Below are positions 26,826 through 36,527 of a DNA stretch of 60,190 bases, piece by piece. The stretch is from IMG/VR virus record IMGVR_UViG_3300046786_000688, positions 1 to 60,190 of that record; one strand, 5' to 3'. Each line of letters opens with the position of its first letter. Position 1 is the first letter of the stretch. The DNA comes from a virus. Lineage: Duplodnaviria; Caudoviricetes. The position numbers and the translations under genes are program-made. Below the pieces are notes generated by a model. That model did not search any database. It was given only the letters and a program-made list of their open reading frames with translations, and was not told the origin of the DNA.

Positions 26826-29666
26826 CTAAAGCTGTTCTATTAAATTATTGCCTACCGAGCCTTTAAGCTTCTCTGGATCGTACTTCAGCAGCATGTAAAA
26901 TCCCCGCTCCTGTTGCCCTCCCCCACATCGTCGCCTATCTCCTTTGGCTCGCGTCACTGCTCGAAGCTCCGCTCCAAACACTCGCAAACTTACTGGGCAT
27001 GTACGAATCCCCTTAGAAACAAGCGTCATTCTGAAATGCTCGTACAGCTCCGCAGTGCTATGAAAATTCTCTTCTTGCAGTGCAATATCTGCCGCAAACA
27101 TCTGCCCGATAGTATTCTCAATCACAAAATTATCATCTTTATACTCTTGCAACGCTTCAACTGACGCCTGTGGAAGCACCAATTTTCCTCTCTTTTTCCA
27201 GCGTCTATAGCCCTCAATTGCCCAGTTCAAGATTCCGCTCAATTCCCGCTCAATCATGTCATCAATCGCGTTTGAGCTCTCTGTCGTAGGGTCAAACCTC
27301 TGTGCATAAGGAATCATGCAAAGCCTGCGCAGTAATCCATAATTTTCATATTGAGGCTTAGGCACCGCATTCAATCCAAGATGCACCTTTGCCCTGTTGT
27401 TAATCTCTCTGCTTTGCTCGTATTCAGCTCTGGCCCGAACTTTCTTTCCTGTGAGATTTTTAACCGTAGCTTCACTCCACCTGTCGGTAACTTCCAGGTC
27501 ATCAAGAATCATCAAGCGCTTGCCCTCAATCTTTGCCGCGACACGTTCAAACGGCTTTGCAAACTTCTTATCGCTAAAACTCATGTCATCCGGTGCTAGA
27601 GTGGCCGCGTACGTGCCCATTAAAGCCGCCAGGGCGCTCAATAGCTTCGATTTTCCATTCGCCCCTGTACCGCAGTGGCAAAATATCACCTGCTCATCAA
27701 TTAGCCCCTGTAGCGAGTACCCAAACACCTCCTGCATAAATTCAACCTGCTCTCGGTCATCCGAATACACCTGCATCAAAAACCTCTCCCAGCCCTCGCA
27801 TTTAGCCCCAGGCTCAAATTTCACCTTCGCCATACACTGTTGATAGTCTTCACTGCTAACTGGCCTCAGAAGCCCGTTTTGAAGGTTTAATAACCCATTC
27901 TGAACATGCAGCAGGTCATGTTTGGCATCGAAAAAATCCCTGTCCACTTCCTTAACATTGTTTGATTTCTTTACCAGTCCTACTATATCCTTGATTTTAT
28001 TAGCGGATTCAAACTTCGCCACTGCTTTCTTAAAAAGCATATCGCTAAAGCCCTCTTTGTCGCAGCAATAGCATCTCAAAAACGTCTCATCCTCTCTCAA
28101 ATCATACAGAACGCATTTAATCATCCTGTATATTTCCTGGCCTCCGCTACCTCCTTGTGTGCGCACATCCTGATTGCGCCACACCAAAAGCTCCTCATTA
28201 AACGCCCAAATATTACCTGCCGATCTCACCAAGCTCTTACCAAAGCGCTGTAGCACCCTGGCCGTGAGCCCTAAATCGGAAAATGAATTCCCTGCCAGCC
28301 AGGGGTCCGAAAAATCATATTGAAAAGCTTCCACTGCCTCGGCTGCTGTCCCATTAACGCCACTGCTCGCATGCCCATTAAGCTTGTCCAAAGCCGCCTG
28401 GGAAACTTTGATTTCTTCTGCAGGCTCTTCAACCGGCTGTTCCTCCCCATCTGGCTCATCGTCATCAACCTCTACTGTCTCTACTGCTGCCACTTCTTCA
28501 ACAATAACTTCTGGCTCTGCTGTCGCTGCCTCTTCCTGCTTCTCTTCCATATCGCCAAGGCGCTTATCAAATTTTATTTTTTTACTCTCCCATGCCTTTA
28601 CACCATGCGAAAAAGCGCTATTTATCACGCTCTCAAGCTCCTTTTCTCCCAGTGCTCCAGCTGGATTCTCTGCAGCAAAAGCTTGATTAATCTCTGCTGC
28701 TAAAGCGCAAGCTTGTACGTATGTGGGAGCTTTCTTTCCTGGCACGAACCGGCCAGTGAAGCGCTTTAGTGCATAGTACAAAAATGTATTCCTGCCCTCA
28801 GTGGCAAGCTCTTTAAAAGATTTTTTGTTCAAGCTCTTCTTGTTTGTCTTTTGCTTGGACTCCTTGATTGCCCCTGGGTTTGAATAAAGCTCCAAGCTTT
28901 CACTGAGCTTTTTTCTGCCCTCTTTTCTAGCTTTCTCTGCCTCTGCATAAGCTGTCTCAACGAACGAAAACGCTGGTAAATCAAGCTCTTTTTGACTTAA
29001 TTTTGCGCTCCAGGGACAGGTTTCGTTATTGATTCGATGCAGGGTAGGGAGCCATGCACTGCCTGGAGTACCTGTTTTTGTATATCTTGATATGCCTGGA
29101 ACCCTCAGAGTTTTTGTTACCTGATCTAGGTTCAAGTCGCCGGATAAATAGAAGCCAAAAGCGAGTTGTAAACGCTTCCATTGCCATAAAGAAAAGCCTG
29201 AATCGAGCCGCCAATAGCAGTGAAACTTTCCAGTGCCTGGTTCGCTCGATTGAACAACTGCATGGGGGTAAAGCGCTAAAGCTGCATCTAGCTTTTCCTG
29301 GGGTACGCCGTCTAAATCTACTGCTAAAACGCGGCAGGATTCGATGTTATTGCTTTTTCGTCCGAGTAAATTCGTGCGGTTTAGGGTTATATGCATTGAG
29401 ATATTTATCGGGTCTTTTCCCTGCTGAATATAACTACTCTGCAGATTGCCAAGCTTTTCTAGGCAATCATGGACTTTTCCATGAAACGTTCCTGCATCGG
29501 GCACTGCGCATTTATCTGCATCATCCAGGAATGCAACGGTAAAGATTTCCTCTGGGTCATCGGAGAAGATGCGGAAGAACTCGTAAATTGTATCTTTATG
29601 AAGCAGTGGCAGGTTTGACGAAGTGGCAGGGACAGCAGAGGTTTGCTCTGTGGTGGTTAGTTGCAT
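26826..29666 (-). CDS. Primase (RepB/AEP-like)-PriCT-D5/SF3 helicase fusion
   Basis: LAVDLD, FHCYW, LRVPG primase motifs; EGRN; Walker A GTGANGKS; LRRLCMIPY. Confidence 0.85.
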   Translation of the reverse strand: MQLTTTEQTSAVPATSSNLPLLHKDTIYEFFRIFSDDPEEIFTVAFLDDADKCAVPDAGTFHGKVHDCLEKLGNLQSSYIQQGKDPINISMHITLNRTNLLGRKSNNIESCRVLAVDLDGVPQEKLDAALALYPHAVVQSSEPGTGKFHCYWRLDSGFSLWQWKRLQLAFGFYLSGDLNLDQVTKTLRVPGISRYTKTGTPGSAWLPTLHRINNETCPWSAKLSQKELDLPAFSFVETAYAEAEKARKEGRKKLSESLELYSNPGAIKESKQKTNKKSLNKKSFKELATEGRNTFLYYALKRFTGRFVPGKKAPTYVQACALAAEINQAFAAENPAGALGEKELESVINSAFSHGVKAWESKKIKFDKRLGDMEEKQEEAATAEPEVIVEEVAAVETVEVDDDEPDGEEQPVEEPAEEIKVSQAALDKLNGHASSGVNGTAAEAVEAFQYDFSDPWLAGNSFSDLGLTARVLQRFGKSLVRSAGNIWAFNEELLVWRNQDVRTQGGSGGQEIYRMIKCVLYDLREDETFLRCYCCDKEGFSDMLFKKAVAKFESANKIKDIVGLVKKSNNVKEVDRDFFDAKHDLLHVQNGLLNLQNGLLRPVSSEDYQQCMAKVKFEPGAKCEGWERFLMQVYSDDREQVEFMQEVFGYSLQGLIDEQVIFCHCGTGANGKSKLLSALAALMGTYAATLAPDDMSFSDKKFAKPFERVAAKIEGKRLMILDDLEVTDRWSEATVKNLTGKKVRARAEYEQSREINNRAKVHLGLNAVPKPQYENYGLLRRLCMIPYAQRFDPTTESSNAIDDMIERELSGILNWAIEGYRRWKKRGKLVLPQASVEALQEYKDDNFVIENTIGQMFAADIALQEENFHSTAELYEHFRMTLVSKGIRTCPVSLRVFGAELRAVTRAKGDRRRCGGGQQERGFYMLLKYDPEKLKGSVGNNLIEQL

Positions 29667-29755
29667 AAAATATTATTTTGTGAGAAAGTTAATACCGAAC
29701 TTAGCGCGTACCGATTAATATGGATTAGCTCCTCTCTTTTTGGCAACTAAAAATA

Positions 29756-31144
29756 ATGAATCATTCGGAAAAAGTTTTCCTGACCGACCAAGCTTCCCCG
29801 CTTCTGCCTCCTCCACACAAGCTAAAGCCTTTTCAACTCGAAGCAATTTCTAAAATGGTGCAATTCCTGGAAAGCTCAAACGGCGTATACAACGCAGCGG
29901 AGATGGGACTAGGTAAATCTATTATGTCTATTGCAACCGCTAACTTTTTTAAGTGGCAGCGTGTAGTTATCTTATGCCCCGCTGTGATGCGGCTTGTATG
30001 GGAAAAAGAAATTAAGCGTTTCTCTCTCGCCTGTTCCCCTATCGTGCATGTAATAGAGAGCTCCAAGGACTTCAAAGCGCAAAAGATAGAAGCTGCAAAC
30101 TTCGTTGTATGTTCTTATGATTTAGCTGCTACCGAAAATGGATTAAAGCACTTAATTCCCTATCGAGCTCAAGCGCTTATTTGCGATGAATCGCACCTGC
30201 TAAAGACCCGAAAGACAAAGCGTACTAAAGCTGTGCTTGGAAAATTGCTGCCCCAGATTCCTAAAGTGATTGCACTGTCGGGTACGCCGATTACAACGTG
30301 CATTACGGACCTGTATACATGGGCGAATGCATTGGCCCCAAAAGATTTTACGAACTTTTATGTATTCGCGAATAAATATGCGGAGCAAACACGGACGCCG
30401 TTTGGGATTAAGTATCACGGGATACGAAACGAAGAAGAATTGCGCAGTAAAATTCGCTCTAAATTCTTTATTCGATATTTAAAAGCTGAAGTATTGCCCG
30501 AACTACCGGAAAAGCAGTGGATAGAAATCCCTTTGCCTGAATCGTGCGCTGTTAAGTCATTGCCGCAAGTGAACAGAGAGCAAATGGAAGCTGCAGCTTT
30601 GCAGATGGCAGCGTATTTAGAGAGCCCTGAGAATAATCCAATGCCAATGGCGCAGCAGTTAATTGTAAAATCGATTCGCCAAGCGCAAGGGATAGCGAAA
30701 GTCGAGCCTGTGAGCATGTATATAGAGAATTTATTGGAGCAAGAAATTCCTCTGGTCGTGTTTGCGTATCATACCAGTGTTATCCGCATGCTTGCGGAGA
30801 AATTAAAAGCGTATAAGCCGGTTATAATTCAAGGGGAAACACCCGCCGCTGAAAGAATGAAAGCTGTAGAGAGCTTTCAAGCAGGAGAAACTAATTTATT
30901 TATTGGGCAGTACCTGGCGTCAGGACACGGAGTTACACTAACTAGAAGCTCTAATGCGATTTTAGCGGAGCTTGATTACAGCCCTGCTACAATCTCGCAG
31001 GCTATAAGTCGAATACATAGAATAACTCAAACAAATTCAGTGAACATTTTTTATTTTGTAGTTGACGGTTCTATAGAAAACAGGATAGTTTCGGTTTTGG
31101 TTGAGAAAACAAAATCTTTTGAAAAGGCTTTAGCATCAAACTGA
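29756..31144 (+). CDS. SNF2-family helicase
   Basis: EMGLGKS, ICDESH, LSGTP, GVTLT, QAISRIHRI. Confidence 0.9.
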   Translation: MNHSEKVFLTDQASPLLPPPHKLKPFQLEAISKMVQFLESSNGVYNAAEMGLGKSIMSIATANFFKWQRVVILCPAVMRLVWEKEIKRFSLACSPIVHVIESSKDFKAQKIEAANFVVCSYDLAATENGLKHLIPYRAQALICDESHLLKTRKTKRTKAVLGKLLPQIPKVIALSGTPITTCITDLYTWANALAPKDFTNFYVFANKYAEQTRTPFGIKYHGIRNEEELRSKIRSKFFIRYLKAEVLPELPEKQWIEIPLPESCAVKSLPQVNREQMEAAALQMAAYLESPENNPMPMAQQLIVKSIRQAQGIAKVEPVSMYIENLLEQEIPLVVFAYHTSVIRMLAEKLKAYKPVIIQGETPAAERMKAVESFQAGETNLFIGQYLASGHGVTLTRSSNAILAELDYSPATISQAISRIHRITQTNSVNIFYFVVDGSIENRIVSVLVEKTKSFEKALASN

Positions 31145-31222
31145 AAGCTTTTCGAAAATAAAACTAAAGCTCTTCTCGATTCGGTTCGAAAGAGCATGAG
31201 GAAATTATAAAAGGAGAAACAA

Positions 31223-31420
31223 ATGAATCAACCACGGTTAAATATCAAAGCTCTCCTGAGCTTACCTACGGAACTAATCGCAGAGAAATTAATTGATAAG
31301 CTTGCAGTTGAAGCTGCAAGGTTGCAGCAAAAGCCCACGTATAAATGGGACGCTGAAGACAGGGCAAATGCAAGGCATCTGCGCCAAGCTGCAGCGCTGC
31401 TTATTAATGGGAAAGCATAA
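31223..31420 (+). CDS. Hypothetical protein
   Basis: AAGGAG SD. Confidence 0.6.
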   Translation: MNQPRLNIKALLSLPTELIAEKLIDKLAVEAARLQQKPTYKWDAEDRANARHLRQAAALLINGKA

Positions 31421-31479
31421 TAAAGGTTTTAACTTTGAAGAGAATTCCCTCTTCAATTTAATTGGGAAAGGTTAGGCAT

Positions 31480-31707
31480 ATGTATAAGGTTGAAGAAATA
31501 CTGAACTGGTTGTTGGTAATGGTGCTTAGTGGACTAGCAATTTTTTGGTTGTGTAGTTCACTGACTGGGTGCGGGAGCACTAGAGGATGGAACGTAAGCT
31601 TTGGAGTTAATCCGGTAAGTGCCGTGAGTAATCACCAGAGCTTAAATACCTTGGAGTCAAACTATGTCAGTAAAGGAGACCCGTCGAATGCTGCTCAAAC
31701 TAAATAA
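31480..31707 (+). CDS. Putative lipoprotein
   Basis: Hydrophobic stretch followed by lipobox LTGC. Confidence 0.6.
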   Translation: MYKVEEILNWLLVMVLSGLAIFWLCSSLTGCGSTRGWNVSFGVNPVSAVSNHQSLNTLESNYVSKGDPSNAAQTK

Positions 31708-31900
31708 GGTAAGCAGCTTAATTGAAGCTGGGAAGGATATCTTGATTGCTTGGATGGTTTTGATGTCGATATGGGGAATGTTCGCTGGCATCTGGGCATA
31801 TAATGCACTCAAGAGATCCGATATTCGAATTGATTATATGACAGGGACGTTTACTGTCAGTGAAGAAAGACCACTATTAGTAAAGGAGCGGGGGCGCTAA
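31664..31900 (+). CDS. Single-pass membrane protein
   Basis: ILIAWMVLMSIWGMFAGIWAY transmembrane segment; start may be 31688 after AAGGAG. Confidence 0.55.
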   Translation: MSVKETRRMLLKLNKVSSLIEAGKDILIAWMVLMSIWGMFAGIWAYNALKRSDIRIDYMTGTFTVSEERPLLVKERGR

Positions 31901-31913
31901 GCCCCCGTTATTT
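31889..31913 (+). terminator. Intrinsic terminator
   Basis: CGGGGGC-GCTAA-GCCCCCG followed by TTATTT. Confidence 0.6.
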
Positions 31914-31915
31914 AA

Positions 31916-32110
31916 ATGAAGTATATGTTTATTTGTTTACTGTCTGTATCGGCCTGTGCGCCCACAAAAAAGTGCTTGGAGTATAAAGCCGATATCTGCG
32001 CAGTTGAAACTCAAGTGCGCTTTGTACCAGGGCAAGGAGGGACTTTTATCCCTGATGTACAACCTGGGTATACATATAGCTGTAATAAGTGTGTGCGTTA
32101 TGCGAACTAA
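31916..32110 (+). CDS. Putative small Cys-rich lipoprotein
   Basis: MKYMFICLLSVSA-C lipobox-like; four more Cys downstream. Confidence 0.55.
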   Translation: MKYMFICLLSVSACAPTKKCLEYKADICAVETQVRFVPGQGGTFIPDVQPGYTYSCNKCVRYAN

Positions 32111-32750
32111 GAAAGCGTTATTATTAACTCTTGCCTCTGGGTTACTCGCTGCAGTAAGCGCTAGAGCTCAAACTCTTCGCATAGTAGAAGTTGATGGACC
32201 GCGCATGATGTCGCATAGAGAAGTTGAACAAACTTATCGCTGCGCCTCTAAGTATTTCAAAAAAGTTGGTATTAATTTCCGAGTTAAATACGCAAAGCTT
32301 AGCCCAAATCCTTGCTACGTATCTCATACGTTAAGAACTCGAAGTTCGGAGCTTAATTGCTTATCAATCTTTAGCCCCAATCGCAGAAAGACTTTGAACT
32401 ATTTTATTACTGAGCCGTTCTTTGAAACGCATTCGAATGGGACTCAAACTGCTTGGATTGCAGGACTCGCAAAGCTTTGCGGTAATACATCAACCGGCAA
32501 TGGTTCAGCTAGAAGTTTAATCAATGGGCAATCAAGTGCTTCACGGATTGAGCACTCCGGTGCAATCATGGCGCATGAGGTGATGCATAATATGTGCGCT
32601 ACTCACTATCCAAGCAGTGTTCAAGAGCCAAGCATTCCAAACATTATGAATCCTGCTGCTACTATCTTTGCTGCGGATTATGGATGCGAAATACCAGTGC
32701 TAAGAACAACGAAGCGACAAGTTAAAAGATGGTACGCAAAGAATAGGTGA
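32100..32750 (+). CDS. Secreted metzincin-like zinc metalloprotease
   Basis: Signal peptide MRTKKALLLTLASGLLAAVSARA; HEVMHNMCATH; downstream NIM Met-turn. Confidence 0.7.
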   Translation: MRTKKALLLTLASGLLAAVSARAQTLRIVEVDGPRMMSHREVEQTYRCASKYFKKVGINFRVKYAKLSPNPCYVSHTLRTRSSELNCLSIFSPNRRKTLNYFITEPFFETHSNGTQTAWIAGLAKLCGNTSTGNGSARSLINGQSSASRIEHSGAIMAHEVMHNMCATHYPSSVQEPSIPNIMNPAATIFAADYGCEIPVLRTTKRQVKRWYAKNR

Positions 32751-32757
32751 GCGGGAT

Positions 32758-34403
32758 ATGAGTCGAACAATTGGAGATGAAACACGCGACAGGTGCTTGC
32801 GGTACATTAAGGAGCGAGTAGGTCGTATAGATCCAACCGATCCGATTTGTCAGCAACTCTCTGGAGTGATGAGTGGCATAGGAACAATGGACAATCGAAT
32901 CGAGCAGCTTGAATTTGAGAACCGCAAATTGAAGGAAGAGATTAAGAAGCTAACCGCCCGCGCCAGCGAGAAGGAGGGGTGATGGTTGAATATGTGACGG
33001 TGACATGCGCTAGTCACGCACCAGAATATATCTTTGAAATTGCACTAAGCGATCTGGAGATGGATAGGCTTAAGAGAGAGTATTTGCTTTGTGGCTTAGT
33101 TAGCTTCCCTAAAAATAAGTACAAGTTCTTGAATGATCTAAGAGATGTACTGACAGAAGAGATTTTAGCACATCTAGAAAAACTGGAGCCAACCCCATGA
33201 CTGACGAGAAGAAGCCGGATGGGTGGGTGCGAGTGGTAGATCGGCTCCCCGATAAAGACGAAAGAGAATCGTGCGAGTGGTGGCACAAGGATGAGGAGCG
33301 TACGTATTCTGGCAGGTACGAAAGCTATGACGGTCAACGAATTTGGGTGGGAGTAACCTACGAATGGGAGTGTGCAATTTCAATTAGGGAGTTTTCGCAC
33401 TGGCGCATTGTGATTCCACCAATCAAGGAGGGCGAGGAGTGAGTGAGGAGAAGAGTATAGAGCAGCGCTTGTATGAAGCCTTATTTGTGCCAGGCTACGG
33501 GAATCGATTGGCATTTGAGGATTCCAATAAAGTTCATGCGCTATTTGAAATAGCAAAAGTTATTCTAGCTGAATGTGACAAGCGCATTCTCGCCGCCGCT
33601 GAGGAGTACGCTAAGGGGGAGAAATGAGCTACACATGCCAACACTGCAAGGGAGTTTTTGAGTCGGGTTGGTCTGATGATGAGGCACTAAAGGAGATGAA
33701 AGAAAACTTTGGCCCTGATCTAGCTAAGGATGATTGCGTTATTGTTTGTGATGATTGTTACAACGCCATTATGGGATGGGCTAAAGAGAAACACATTCCG
33801 CTTCGAGAGGGTGAAACAAAATGACCGCGCCGAAGTTGGGGGAGAAAATGTACCGCTCTATGACTACTGACGATTTCTATGATGAGTGCTGGTTTGACGA
33901 GGCTAGCAAAGACGAGATGAAAAGCGTCGAGCCCGTCCACGTCTTCACGCCGGAGGAGTTGAGGAAACTGGTGGCGAAGTGCTACACGGACGGCGTAAGG
34001 ATGCAGGGTGGCTTAGCGCTTTCGGTATCGCAGGAAGAACTTAATGAGATGTTTAAGGAGCTAGGGTTATGAAGCTTCTCTGCTGGTTAGGATGGCATAA
34101 GAGAAGATTCGCTATGTGCGGAGGTTTTCAAACGCATGTAGTTGAATGCGCCAGATGTAGAAAAGTTTTTACTGTTTGGGGAGAATGGTTATGAGCAAAA
34201 TAGATGAAATGCGAGATGCTTGGATAGTACAGACATCTCAACCCCTTTGTGTAACTCCACCGCATACAAAATTCTTTTTCGAGTTCCCAATGGTGTGTGG
34301 ATATATAGAAGAACTACACAATGAGACCCCACACACCATAGTTCTTAAAGCCACCAAAGAAGGACATATAGTAGTGACATTATTGGAGTCCGAAAAGAAA
34401 TAA
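32758..34403 (+). CDS. Array of small hypothetical genes (32758-32982, 32979-33200, 33197-33442, 33439-33627, 33624-33824, 33821-34072, 34069-34194, 34191-34403)
   Basis: Consecutive 4-nt start/stop overlaps and strong SDs; 33197 resembles DUF551-type proteins; 33624 and 34069 have CxxC motifs. Confidence 0.65.
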
Positions 34404-34423
34404 CCATTAAAGGAGATACATTT

Positions 34424-34567
34424 ATGATTCACATTTTATTTTACCTATCATGCGGTTTGCCGCCGTTGCCTCCGCTGCCACCTCTTGGATGTAGAGAGAT
34501 GCAGCCCGTGTGCATATGCACTGAAGACGATGAATGCCGCTGGGAATTTATATGTGTGGGAGCATAA
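34424..34567 (+). CDS. 47-aa Cys/Pro-rich microprotein
   Basis: Hand translation MIHILFYLSCGLPPLPPLPPLGCREMQPVCICTEDDECRWEFICVGA; AAGGAG SD. Confidence 0.65.
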   Translation: MIHILFYLSCGLPPLPPLPPLGCREMQPVCICTEDDECRWEFICVGA

Positions 34568-34568
34568 T

Positions 34569-34655
34569 ATGGAGTTAACGCAAGAAATCGTCACTGCATT
34601 CTCTGAAGTGTGCCAGTGGATAGCAATTTTAATCATTGCAACGGGAAAGAAATGA
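34569..34655 (+). CDS. 28-aa hydrophobic peptide
   Basis: MELTQEIVTAFSEVCQWIAILIIATGKK; ATGA overlap with the methylase start. Confidence 0.45.
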   Translation: MELTQEIVTAFSEVCQWIAILIIATGKK

Positions 34656-35116
34656 GCAAAAACGATGAATGGGGCACACCTCAGTGGCTGTTCGATGCTT
34701 TAAATGCCGAATTTAAATTTGAATTGGATGTGGCAGCTTCTCCTAAGAATCATAAATGTGGTGACTTTTTTACCATTTATACTAATGGGCTTGCTCGTAG
34801 CTGGACCGTATCGAACTGGTGCAATCCTCCGTATTCAAATCAAATGCCTTGGGCAGTTAAAGCTGTACAAGAGGCAGCAAAAGGAAGAAGAACTGTGATG
34901 CTCGCTATGTGCGATGTATCTACAGAGTTTTTTAAATACTGTTTCTATCATGCGTGGGAGATACGGCTGCTTACTCACCGGATAACGTTCGAGGGAGCAA
35001 AGTCTACGCCAAGGTTTGCTTCAATGATTGTTGTGTTTGACCGGCCTAAATGGGCGTATGGCTTGCATGCGCATGCAAATGTTTTAATCGCTGATTATAA
35101 AGGATTTAAGAAATGA
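34652..35116 (+). CDS. Phage DNA N6-adenine methyltransferase
   Basis: DEWGTPQWLF, FELDVAAS, WCNPPYS motifs. Confidence 0.85.
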   Translation: MSKNDEWGTPQWLFDALNAEFKFELDVAASPKNHKCGDFFTIYTNGLARSWTVSNWCNPPYSNQMPWAVKAVQEAAKGRRTVMLAMCDVSTEFFKYCFYHAWEIRLLTHRITFEGAKSTPRFASMIVVFDRPKWAYGLHAHANVLIADYKGFKK

Positions 35117-35496
35117 AAGTCTTAGAAATTATTGCTGAATGTATTCTTTTATTCTTATTTGCAGCTATCGTCGGAGCCTATCTTTTTGTAACTTTTAGTC
35201 CCGCAGATACAATTTCTTCCGCACCCCAAAAAACAAGCGTTACTTCTTTTGACGCTACTGCCGTAGCTGGAGTGCCTGTAGATTCGTTAGCCCCTGGGAA
35301 AGGTGTCATGGCTTTAGGAGTGAATACTGCTAATGACTATACACTGCTTGCAGTTGATGCAGTTGGAAAGCTCGTTATGACCTGTCCGACTTGTCCTAAT
35401 AAATTCTGCAAAGAGTTCGCTTGTAAAATGGAGATTAACTCAGAAGGTGGGAGCATGCTTTTAAAGGAGTGTATATGCAAGACAGAGAACAAATAG
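35113..35496 (+). CDS. Membrane-anchored protein with a fibre-repeat-like segment
   Basis: N-terminal TM; GVMALGV...DYTLLAVDAVGKL; Cys-rich tail. Confidence 0.55.
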   Translation: MKVLEIIAECILLFLFAAIVGAYLFVTFSPADTISSAPQKTSVTSFDATAVAGVPVDSLAPGKGVMALGVNTANDYTLLAVDAVGKLVMTCPTCPNKFCKEFACKMEINSEGGSMLLKECICKTENK

Positions 35497-35771
35497 CTGA
35501 ACCGGACGAAGTAGAAAAGATATGGCAAGACTTTTGGCTACTGCTGGTAACAGACCCCGATGGGTGTTTGAATATCAGAAAGCTTAAAGAGGAGCTCGCT
35601 GATTATCATTTTGTGATGCAGCAAGTCCGAAAGGTGTATGACCATATTACAGGTGGAAAGCTCTCAAAGCCTACATATTTTGCAGAAGTTGTAATTGAAG
35701 AAGCTGATGCGCATTATGAAGAGATGTACACCGAAGAAGTGAAAGATTTTAAGTTCAAAAATGAAGAATAA
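35469..35771 (+). CDS. Hypothetical protein
   Basis: Acidic helical ORF in operon. Confidence 0.55.
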   Translation: MYMQDREQIAEPDEVEKIWQDFWLLLVTDPDGCLNIRKLKEELADYHFVMQQVRKVYDHITGGKLSKPTYFAEVVIEEADAHYEEMYTEEVKDFKFKNEE

Positions 35772-35811
35772 GTCTTTCCAATAAAATATTTTTTAGTTAA
35801 AACTAACCCCT

Positions 35812-36192
35812 ATGGCACCTCAATTTCCGTTTAAACCGTTATCGAATCAGGTAGTCGTATTGCCTGACCCATTACCAACTCGCTCTGGCATGATTCATCT
35901 ACCAGAAACTGCAATGCAGTCGCGCCAAACCAAAACCGGCACAGTTGTACGTGTCGGTATGGGAAAGCAAACAGTGAAAGGCGTAATCCCGATACAGCTT
36001 AATGTTGGAGATAAGGTGGTCTTTGGAGAATTTGCTGGAGTGTCTTTTACTATTGGTACTAAGGGCTACTTAGTCATGCGCGAGGATGAGATTACGGGCG
36101 TGATTGAGCCAGCCTATATGCCGATGGAACAGGAGCAAGAGTTAAACGACCCAGAGATTTTTAAAAAGAACGCAAAGGATGTTTTAAATTAA
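35812..36192 (+). CDS. groES: Co-chaperonin GroES
   Basis: FKPLSNQVVV, SGMIHLPETA mobile loop, GTVVRVGMG, VGDKVVFGEFAG, YLVMREDEI. Confidence 0.9.
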   Translation: MAPQFPFKPLSNQVVVLPDPLPTRSGMIHLPETAMQSRQTKTGTVVRVGMGKQTVKGVIPIQLNVGDKVVFGEFAGVSFTIGTKGYLVMREDEITGVIEPAYMPMEQEQELNDPEIFKKNAKDVLN

Positions 36193-36202
36193 TAGGAATT
36201 TT

Positions 36203-36526
36203 ATGACTTGTTGCAACGCAAATAAGGTAACGCTTGAAGAGATTGAAGGTCTGATTTCGACTAGAGAGTTTTTCACTCTAGGAAAAAAGACCACTGTATG
36301 CCTGCTCACTTTAAATAATGGCTTTGAAGTAATCGGCACTGCCGCTTGTGTGAAAGCTGAAGACTATAACCAAGAGATTGGTGCAAAGTTTGCGTACCAA
36401 CGTGCTGTAGATAAGATTTGGGAAGTCGAAGGGTACTATAGACAAAAGCTTTCTAGTTGCTGCGCTGAGAGCGAAGCCGCTGCGCCTAAAGCAGAGATGA
36501 CTCTTAACACTACTGACCCTACGTAA
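36203..36526 (+). CDS. Phage protein of N4 gp49 / Sf6 gp66 type
   Basis: TTVCLLTLNNGFEVIGTAACV...EIGAKFAY...KIWEVEGY. Confidence 0.75.
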   Translation: MTCCNANKVTLEEIEGLISTREFFTLGKKTTVCLLTLNNGFEVIGTAACVKAEDYNQEIGAKFAYQRAVDKIWEVEGYYRQKLSSCCAESEAAAPKAEMTLNTTDPT

Positions 36527-36527
36527 T

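Noticed and set aside
31164-31200. GGTTCGAA as a tRNA T-loop
   Set aside because: No cloverleaf; only a simple gctctt/aagagc hairpin.
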